Positions 11,670 to 18,724 of a DNA stretch of 64,000 nt are shown one piece after another (within the stretch, counting starts at the first letter, position 1; each line of letters begins with the position of its first letter). The stretch is from positions 31,332-95,331 of the forward strand of contig VYCM01000146.1 of assembly GCA_009843915.1 (NCBI GenBank), written 5' to 3'. This DNA comes from Acidimicrobiaceae bacterium (lineage in GTDB: Bacteria > Actinomycetota > Acidimicrobiia > Acidimicrobiales > Aldehydirespiratoraceae). The position numbers were made by a program, and so were the translations under genes. The notes under the pieces were generated by a model. The model saw only the letters and a program-made list of their open reading frames with translations, did not search any database and was not told where the DNA came from.

Positions 11670-12065
11670 CTAGAAGGCGAAGCCGTCCAGGACCTTCTTG
11701 AGGTCCTCCGTGTCCTGCGAGCCGAGCACCACCCTGGAGTTCGTGGCCACGTAGACGATGTCGAGGTTTATGCCGGCGTCAGAAACCATCCGGGCCAGCT
11801 CGGCCAGCTCGCCCGGCCGGTCCTTGGCCTGGACCACCACCACCTCGCGCTCGCGGGTGACGGACGGTCCATGCGTGTTGGCCAGCGCCCTGTACACCGG
11901 CTCACCGTGGGGCACGAGGATGTGAAGCTCCGCCGTGTTGCCGTTTCCCATGCACGTCGCGGCCGCGATGTTCACGCCCGCGTCGCTGATCGCAGTTGCC
12001 ACTTTGGCCAGCGCCCCCGGTTTGTTCTCCAACTCGATAACCAGGTCGCTGGCCAGAGTAGACAT
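11670..12065 (-). CDS. Tandem ACT-domain protein
   Basis: 131 aa with two ACT-like repeats (ELENKPGALAKVATAISDAGVNI and QAKDRPGELAELARMVSDAGINL). ATG 12065 has GGAGGAAG upstream. The rest of the 366-aa track ORF is low-complexity. Confidence 0.65.
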   Translation of the reverse strand: MSTLASDLVIELENKPGALAKVATAISDAGVNIAAATCMGNGNTAELHILVPHGEPVYRALANTHGPSVTREREVVVVQAKDRPGELAELARMVSDAGINLDIVYVATNSRVVLGSQDTEDLKKVLDGFAF

Positions 12066-12206
12066 GAGAGCGCTTCCTCCTTGGGTTGTGGGGCCCGGTG
12101 CGAGCGCCCGGGCGGATCGGAGCCGACTGTAGAACACAACCGCGCTGCTGTGAAGCCCGAGTTTGCGCTCCGGGAGGGAAGCAGGCGGAACCACTAGCGT
12201 TCGCAG

Positions 12207-13022
12207 GTGCTCGTCGACGCCCACACCCACGTCGTGGCGGCCGACCGGGAAGCGTTTCCCCTCTCGGCGGCTGCGCTGCCACAGGACTGGTACATCCGGG
12301 CGCCGTGCTCGGCCGAGGGACTGCGGGCCGAGATGGACACCGCGGGCGTCGATCTGGCCGTGCTGGTCCAGCCGGTCGGGGCGTACTCCTACGACAACCG
12401 CTACGTGGCGACCAGCGCAGCGCAGCACGCCGACCGGTTCACAGCCGCCTGCTGCGTCGACCCCTACGGCCAGTCGCCGGCCGAGGAACTGCAGCGCTGG
12501 CTCGATCACGGCGGCGTCGGTGGCGTCCGGTTCTTCGCGCTCTCGGCGGAGCGGTCCTGGTTGAGCGATCCGAACACATTCGGACTGTGGGAGCAGGCCG
12601 CGGCATCCGGTGCCCATGTGATCGTGACCGTCTTCGAGAACCAGTTCGATGAGCTGGCCGGAGTGCTCGCTCGGTTCCAGGACGTGGCCGTGTCGCTGGA
12701 CCACTGCGGATTCTGTGACACCGCGCGGCCCGAGCCGCTGGAGGAGTTGGCCCGGTTCGAGAATCTCCACCTCAAGGTGACCACCAACGTGATCGACGCC
12801 GCGCTAGCGGCCCAGGGCACCGCCCGACCCTTCGTGACGCGGTTGGCCGGCGCCTTCGGTGCGGAGCGGCTGATGTGGGGCTCGGATTTCTGCCAGACCC
12901 ACGACCGCCCCTATCGGGAGCTGGTGCGGAACGGGATCGAGGCCTTCGCAGCCCTTCCGGGCCCTCATCAGGACGCGTGCCTAGGCGGAACCGCGCTACG
13001 TCTATGGGGTTTCGTCGGCTAG
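12207..13022 (+). CDS. Amidohydrolase-2 (metal-dependent TIM-barrel hydrolase) family protein
   Basis: N-terminal VDAHTHV metal-binding motif and a C-terminal MWGSDF motif. An in-frame TAG at 12195 fixes the start at GTG 12207. Confidence 0.7.
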   Translation: MLVDAHTHVVAADREAFPLSAAALPQDWYIRAPCSAEGLRAEMDTAGVDLAVLVQPVGAYSYDNRYVATSAAQHADRFTAACCVDPYGQSPAEELQRWLDHGGVGGVRFFALSAERSWLSDPNTFGLWEQAAASGAHVIVTVFENQFDELAGVLARFQDVAVSLDHCGFCDTARPEPLEELARFENLHLKVTTNVIDAALAAQGTARPFVTRLAGAFGAERLMWGSDFCQTHDRPYRELVRNGIEAFAALPGPHQDACLGGTALRLWGFVG

Positions 13023-14048
13023 CAGGTCGATCTCGTTGAGGAGGGGCTCGCCGGCGACGTAGCGGGCGAGGTTGTCCGCGAAGACCCGGTGCGCTGACTC
13101 GAAGAAGCGGGTCGGCTCAGTGGAGCAGTGGGCCGAGATGTAGATGTTGGGGGCGTCCCAGAGGGGAGAGTTCTCCGGCAGGGGCTCGACCGCGGTCACG
13201 TCGAGAGCGGCGGCCCGGAGCTTGCCCGAGCGGAGGGCGGCCACCAGAGCGGGCTCGTCGACGAGTGATCCCCGGCCCACGTTCACGAACATCGAGCCGT
13301 CCTGCATCGCCGCGAAGGCCGATGAGTCGAACAGCTCGTGGGTCTCGGGCGACTCCGGGACGGCCGCGACGACGATGTCGCAGCGGCCCAGCATGTCGTG
13401 GAGCCCGCCGGGTCCGAGGGCCTCATCGGCAAGGTCGCTGGGGGCTGCGCTGCGACGCACGACGATCACGTCCAGTTCGAAGGCACGGGCTCGGCGGGCC
13501 ACCGCCTGATTGATGGGTCCGAAGCCCACCAGCCCGATGGTGGAGCCCGCGAGGTTCTGGCCGAACACCGGGTGCCATCGCCGTTGTTGCTGGATCGTGT
13601 CCAGCCGGCGGGTCCGCTTGAACTCGCCCAGGATGCGGGCGAAGACGAACTCGGCAATCGAAGTGGCGTTGGCCCCGGAGGCGTTGGTTAGACGGATGCC
13701 CGCTTCCCGAAGTCCCGCTGAGGTGAGATGAGCCACCCCGGCGGCCAGGGCCTGCACCCAGCGCAGCCGGGGCGCGACCGCGGCAACGTCGAACGGCAGG
13801 TCGAGCGTGAGGCAGCACTCGATGCGGGCGAAGGCGCGCCTCTGGGCCGCAGTGAGCGAGGGCGCCAGATGGCGCACCGCGTCATAGGGCGGGACTCCCC
13901 GGCCGGAACGGAGTTCCCTGGACTCCTCGTAGGGCTCCAGGACGATCTCGATGCGGGGGTCGATGGCGGCCAACTCGGCCAGATGCCGGTCGAAGTCGAG
14001 ATTCCATTCGTCCGGATACAGGACTCCGACGACGAGCGGGTCGGTCAT
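13002..14048 (-). CDS. D-isomer-specific 2-hydroxyacid dehydrogenase family protein (NAD-binding)
   Basis: GLVGFGPINQAVARRA dinucleotide fold, VNVGRGSLVDE, AALDVTAVEPLP, and a catalytic His in ISAHCS. Its ATG shares one nucleotide with the stop of the upstream gene. Confidence 0.85.
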   Translation of the reverse strand: MTDPLVVGVLYPDEWNLDFDRHLAELAAIDPRIEIVLEPYEESRELRSGRGVPPYDAVRHLAPSLTAAQRRAFARIECCLTLDLPFDVAAVAPRLRWVQALAAGVAHLTSAGLREAGIRLTNASGANATSIAEFVFARILGEFKRTRRLDTIQQQRRWHPVFGQNLAGSTIGLVGFGPINQAVARRARAFELDVIVVRRSAAPSDLADEALGPGGLHDMLGRCDIVVAAVPESPETHELFDSSAFAAMQDGSMFVNVGRGSLVDEPALVAALRSGKLRAAALDVTAVEPLPENSPLWDAPNIYISAHCSTEPTRFFESAHRVFADNLARYVAGEPLLNEIDLLADETP

Positions 14049-14563
14049 CAGGGTACGGTCAGAAGGCGCAGCGTCGGTTCCACCGCTTTCTCTGCCCGTT
14101 CGATGACTGCAGCCTCGTCGATGCCGCCCAGGGGATGCTCGACGGCGACGATCCGCAGGTCCGGAAGGTCCAGCGTCTCGGCTACGCCAGCGGCCAGAGA
14201 CTCGAAGCTGGTGGTCGCCACGAGGACCGTCGGAGTCCCCGCCGACTCAAGGTTGACGGAGTCGTGGACACTCCACGACGTGCAACTTCCTCAATCGGCT
14301 GAGCCGGTGAGGACCACCTCGGCCTCGGCCAGCCGGGCCAGCAGATCGTCGGGCGCGGGCAGGGCCGCGTTCTTGCGCTCGACGAGGCCCACCGTTGCGC
14401 CGGTACGGACCGCGAGGCCCTCGGCCAGTCGTTGAAGCAGCAGGCCGGCGTTCGGCTTGGAGTTGTCGAGTATCCCGATGCGCTTGCCGGCCAGCGTCGG
14501 CTCGGTAACGGCGCGGGAAATGGCGGCCGGTCCCACCGCTCCCACCGGGGCATAGATCCTCAT
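14048..14563 (-). CDS. Putative selenoprotein, UGSC-motif family (in-frame UGA at 14293..14291 read as selenocysteine)
   Basis: ATG 14563 has AAGGAGGG 6 nt upstream. The frame stays open across TGA 14291-14293 for 80 more codons to TGA 14048-14050. Motif: ...VVLTGSAD-U-GSCTSWSVHD. A SECIS-like hairpin lies 11 nt downstream. No RBS or start follows the internal TGA. Confidence 0.7.
14248..14290 (-). promoter_or_regulatory. Candidate bacterial SECIS element
   Basis: The mRNA after the UGA reads GGAAGUUGCAC-GUCGUGGA-GUG-UCCACGAC-UCCGUCAACCUUG. It has a perfect 8-bp apical stem (+ strand 14261-14279) and a G/U-containing loop. The lower stem has AC/GU and GUUG/CAAC pairs with bulges. Confidence 0.5.
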
Positions 14564-14605
14564 CGGTTCCCTCCTTCGAAGATCCTTGTGGGTTCCGTCA
14601 CGGGC

Positions 14606-15646
14606 TCAGACCTCCACCGGCACGGTGGCGCTCCTGGTCATACCCCAGCTCGGGATAACCGAGCTGTGCTTTCCCGGTCCTCCCACCACGATGATCTTGA
14701 TGTTGCAGGGATGTTCGGTGACGGACATCATCGCGTCGTCATCTAGGGCCTCCTGCCACGGCGCCCACGCCCGAAGCGCGAACGCGGCCCGCAGGTCGCC
14801 GACCCGCATCTGAGCCCGCTCGTGGAGATAGGAGGCCACCCGGTCGCGCGTCCACCCGGCGTCGTCACAGGCCGCGGCGTGCTCGGGGCACAGCATCACG
14901 AAGAACTCGCCGGAGCTGACCGGCGCATTGTTGGACCCCAGTGAGGTCATGGCTGAAGCGGCCTTGTCGAGGATGGCGGCAGGATCCTTCGACTCCATGT
15001 CATGGAAGTTGTGGGGCGCTTCGCCGCAGTGGACAGTGACCGCGGAGACCGCAGCGACTCCGACGCTGGCTGCGTATCCGCCCCAGGGCGACTCGGCCAG
15101 GTTCTCGGCCACGCAGTAGGTGTACTTGGCCGGCCCGCCCTGGGTGGACGCATCGCCCGCCCCGGGGACGGCTCCAGCGACGTGGAGAAGGATGAGCCTC
15201 AGCGCGCGGCCGGTGGCTGCGTTGGCCACGTTGCCGGGGCCGAAGGCGCCCAGCCCCGGGTTGTAGCCCGCGGTCTGGGCGATCTCGCCGTGGACGATGA
15301 GCAGTGGCGCCACCGGATGGGTGGTGGCGTTCACGCCTCGCAGGTTGATCTCGGGACGGGCCAGAGCCCGCACCGCCGCTACGAGAACAGGCAGGTGCTC
15401 GGGGCGGCAGCCGGCCAGCACCGCGTTGACAGCGATCACCCGGCGGGTAGCCACACCGGACCGGGGCGGCAGGACGGCGACGGGCTCGTCGGGATCCGCG
15501 TTGCAGGTGGCGAGCATGGCGTCTACCCGCTCGGGCGTGGGGGCCACCAGCGGCAGTCCGTCACCCCAGCCCCGCTCCGCGTAGCAGTCCCGGACCGCTT
15601 CGGGGTCGTCCGAGGCGATGTCGAGCATCTCCAGCGGGTCGGCCAT
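14606..15646 (-). CDS. Conserved hypothetical protein (no recognised domain), first gene of the UGSC operon
   Basis: Long ORF with good GC3 bias and conserved-looking blocks (ERGWGDGLPLVAPT, NATTHPVAPLLIVHG). ATG 15646 has a GGGGG stretch just upstream. The track start 15685 adds 13 aa and has no SD. Confidence 0.6.
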   Translation of the reverse strand: MADPLEMLDIASDDPEAVRDCYAERGWGDGLPLVAPTPERVDAMLATCNADPDEPVAVLPPRSGVATRRVIAVNAVLAGCRPEHLPVLVAAVRALARPEINLRGVNATTHPVAPLLIVHGEIAQTAGYNPGLGAFGPGNVANAATGRALRLILLHVAGAVPGAGDASTQGGPAKYTYCVAENLAESPWGGYAASVGVAAVSAVTVHCGEAPHNFHDMESKDPAAILDKAASAMTSLGSNNAPVSSGEFFVMLCPEHAAACDDAGWTRDRVASYLHERAQMRVGDLRAAFALRAWAPWQEALDDDAMMSVTEHPCNIKIIVVGGPGKHSSVIPSWGMTRSATVPVEV

Positions 15647-15824
15647 GCCCCCAAGTCTGCTGCCAATCGGGCGCGTTTGCCTCATGCGAGTAGGCGGCGG
15701 TGGACCGGCGCGCCGGCAGGCATGAAGGCGAAGACCTGGGCCGGCAATTCACTGCATGAAATCAGATGGTGATACATGTGGTCATCGGCGCGAGGAGTAG
15801 TAATCGGGGCACTAGTCTGCGGCA

Positions 15825-17360
15825 ATGAGCGCCGAGCGTCGAAGGCGACGGCCACGCCAGACCGTGGTCGAGAAGCCCAGCGGCCCGGTCCAGCCGCCGT
15901 GGCGGCTGCATGAGCGCCGGTTCGAGCCGACGCCGGTGGTGAGCGAGGACGAACTCGAAGCCATCCACGCCGCCTCGCTGGTCGTGCTTCGTGATACCGG
16001 AATGGAGTTCCTGCATCCGACGGCCCAGCGGATGTGGGCCGAGGTCGGGGCCAAGGTCGACGGTGATCGGGTGCGCTTCGACCCGGAGATGATCACCGAA
16101 CTGGTAGCCACCGCTCCCGGCGAGTTCGTGCTGCACGCCCCCGACCCGGCCCGGCACCTCCCGATGGGTGGACGAAGCGTGGCCTTCTCGTCGGTCGCCA
16201 GCCCCCCGAACGTGGCCGATCGGGCCGGAGGCCGCCGCACCGGCAACCGGGAGGACTTCCGGCGGCTGGTGATGCTCGGGGAAGTTCTCAACTCCATCGC
16301 CTTCCAGGGCGGCTACCCGGTGGAGCCGGTGGACGTGCACGCATCGGTGCGCCACCTGGTTGCCACCCGCGACCTGCTCACGTTGACGGGCAAGGCCCTC
16401 CACGCCTACTCGCTGGGAGCGCAGCGCAACCGCGACTGCCTGGAGATGGTGCGAATCGTCCGCGGTGTCAGCAACGACGATCTGGAGGCGGAGCCGTCGA
16501 TCTTCACCGTGGTGAACTGCAACTCGCCGCTGCGTCTCGACACGCCCATGCTGGAGGGGATCCTCCAGTACTCGGCCCGCAATCAGGCGGTGGCGGTCAC
16601 CCCGTTCACGCTGGCCGGGGCGATGGCGCCGGTGACGGTGGCCGGCGCGGTGGTGCAGCAGAACGCCGAGGCGTTGGCCGGGATGGCCTTCTGCCAGCTG
16701 GTGCGGCCCGGATCGCCGGTGATCTACGGGGGGTTCACCTCCAACGTCGACATGCAGTCGGGTGCTCCCGCCTTCGGCACCCCCGAGTACATGCAGGCGG
16801 TGCTGCTCGGGGGCCAGCTGGCGCGGCGGTATGGCGTTCCATACCGGTCCTCCAACGTCTGCGCGGCCAACGCGGTCGACGCCCAGGCCGCCTACGAGAG
16901 CGTGTTCTCGCTGTGGGCCGTGGTGACGGGCGGCGCCCACATGGTGATGCACGGGGCGGGGTGGATGGAGGGCGGGCTGCAGGCCTGCTACGAGAAGATG
17001 GTCATCGACGCCGACATGATCGGCATGGTGGGGGAGTTCCTGCAGCCCCTCGCGACCGACGCCGACTCGCTCGCGGTCGAGGCCATCGACGAGGTCGGCC
17101 CGGGCGGGCACTTCTTCGGCACGGCCCACACGCTGGCCCGCTTCCGCGACGCGTTCTTCAAGCCGATGGTGTCGGACTGGCGCAACTACGAGTCCTGGGT
17201 CGAGGCCGGCTCGCCCACTGCTCTAGACCACGCCGAGCGCCTCGTGGGTGAGCTCCTGGACGCCTACGAGCCGCCTCCGCTGGCCGACGACGTCCGAGCC
17301 GAACTGGACGACTTCACCGACCGGCGCATAGCCGAGGGCGGAGTCGACACCGACTTCTAG
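15825..17360 (+). CDS. Trimethylamine methyltransferase (MttB) superfamily protein, non-pyrrolysine type (quaternary-amine:corrinoid methyltransferase candidate)
   Basis: 511 aa uninterrupted, with no in-frame TAG. MttB-family blocks: VNCNSPLRLD, TPFTLAGAMAPVTVAG, GAPAFGTPE, HGAGWMEGGL, GPGGHFFGTAHT. Confidence 0.85.
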   Translation: MSAERRRRRPRQTVVEKPSGPVQPPWRLHERRFEPTPVVSEDELEAIHAASLVVLRDTGMEFLHPTAQRMWAEVGAKVDGDRVRFDPEMITELVATAPGEFVLHAPDPARHLPMGGRSVAFSSVASPPNVADRAGGRRTGNREDFRRLVMLGEVLNSIAFQGGYPVEPVDVHASVRHLVATRDLLTLTGKALHAYSLGAQRNRDCLEMVRIVRGVSNDDLEAEPSIFTVVNCNSPLRLDTPMLEGILQYSARNQAVAVTPFTLAGAMAPVTVAGAVVQQNAEALAGMAFCQLVRPGSPVIYGGFTSNVDMQSGAPAFGTPEYMQAVLLGGQLARRYGVPYRSSNVCAANAVDAQAAYESVFSLWAVVTGGAHMVMHGAGWMEGGLQACYEKMVIDADMIGMVGEFLQPLATDADSLAVEAIDEVGPGGHFFGTAHTLARFRDAFFKPMVSDWRNYESWVEAGSPTALDHAERLVGELLDAYEPPPLADDVRAELDDFTDRRIAEGGVDTDF

Positions 17361-17392
17361 TAGAGCTGAGGGACCGTGAGCGTTGCGCACTG

Positions 17393-18694
17393 ATGCGTGG
17401 TCGTGGTGTACTTCGCGCGGTGACAACGCTCCAGGGCAGCGCCCGCTACGTAGACGAGGGGTTCTGGGCGGCGACCCGCCGACCGCTGGATCAGGCGACA
17501 GGTCTGCCGCCGGTCGCCTACACGGGCGACGATTTCTTCGAGGTTGAGCAGCGCAGGCTGTTCGCCCGGGCCTGGGTTGCGGTGGCGTCCGCGTCGGAAG
17601 TGGCCCAGCCGGGCCGTCTGCTGGTGCGTTCCGTCGGCGGTACGTCGGTGCTCATCACCCGGGACCGCGACGGTGTGCTGAGGGCCTTCATCAACTCGTG
17701 CCGCCACCGGGGCACCGAACTGGCCTCCGAGGACTGCACCGTGTCGCGGATGATCCGGTGCCCGTATCACCGCTGGGGATACGCCCTAGATGGTTCCCTG
17801 GTGGCGTCCCCGCTGTTCGACGAGGTGCCCAGAGCGGACTTCGACCCGGCCGAGCTGTCGCTGCTGCCGGTGCGGGCGGAGGTCTGGGGCCTGGATGTGT
17901 TCGTCTGCCTGGACGAGGCCACCCCGCCGCTGGCCGAGTGGCTTGGCGACCTGCCCGAGCGCATGGCCGGCTACGGCTTCGACGGCTGGGTCGTCCACGA
18001 GAAGTGCACCTTCGACGTGGCCGCCAACTGGAAGCTGATCACCGAGAACTTCCAGGAGTACTACCACCTGGCCTGGGTCCATCCCGAGCTGGCCAAGGTG
18101 TCCCGGGTGAAGGACCACTACCGCTACCAGGGGCCGGGCCTGTACTGCGGCCAGACCACCACGCCGGTGTCGAGTGACGAGCGCGACGACTGGCTGGCGC
18201 TGCCGCCCGCGCCCGGTCTGGACTCATCGGACAGCGTCAGCGGCCGGTTCGTGGCCGTGTACCCCAACCTGACGCTGGCCGTTCTTCCCGGCCATGCCTT
18301 CGTGATCCGCCTGGAGCCGCTGTCGTCGGGCGCCACCCGCGAGCACTGCGCTCTGCTGCTGCCGTCGTCCACGCCGGCCGAGCAGTACGGCGACGCCGCG
18401 GCCGAGACGCTCAAGTTCTGGATCGAGATCAACAACGAGGACATCGACATCTGCGAGCGGTCCCACCGGGGACTGGCACTGGGCGGGGCCCCGCCCGGGC
18501 CGCTGTCGCCGCGCTTCGAGGAGCCCCTGCACCGCTTCCAGAACATGGTGGCCGACTGCATGACCGCCGATTCGCTCGCCGACGGGCTGAGGATCCCACC
18601 CGGCGACGGCCCCGACGACGGGGCCCGCTACGGTTGCGGGCCGAACCCCGCTCTGCCCGCCATCGACGCCCGCCGGTGGTCGGCCACGGGCTGA
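17393..18694 (+). CDS. Rieske [2Fe-2S] non-heme-iron oxygenase, alpha-subunit type (GbcA/CntA-like)
   Basis: Rieske motif CRHRG...CPYHRWGY. Catalytic-domain block NWKLITENFQEYYHLAWVHPEL. The true start may lie a few codons inside. Confidence 0.8.
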   Translation: MRGRGVLRAVTTLQGSARYVDEGFWAATRRPLDQATGLPPVAYTGDDFFEVEQRRLFARAWVAVASASEVAQPGRLLVRSVGGTSVLITRDRDGVLRAFINSCRHRGTELASEDCTVSRMIRCPYHRWGYALDGSLVASPLFDEVPRADFDPAELSLLPVRAEVWGLDVFVCLDEATPPLAEWLGDLPERMAGYGFDGWVVHEKCTFDVAANWKLITENFQEYYHLAWVHPELAKVSRVKDHYRYQGPGLYCGQTTTPVSSDERDDWLALPPAPGLDSSDSVSGRFVAVYPNLTLAVLPGHAFVIRLEPLSSGATREHCALLLPSSTPAEQYGDAAAETLKFWIEINNEDIDICERSHRGLALGGAPPGPLSPRFEEPLHRFQNMVADCMTADSLADGLRIPPGDGPDDGARYGCGPNPALPAIDARRWSATG

Positions 18695-18724
18695 TCGGCG
18701 CTGGCAACTGGTAGGAAGCCGCGA

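Noticed and set aside
15825-17360. Pyrrolysine (in-frame TAG) in either MttB paralog (also 31796-33328).
   Set aside because: Both reading frames are uninterrupted from start to stop with no internal TAG. They are non-Pyl members of the superfamily.
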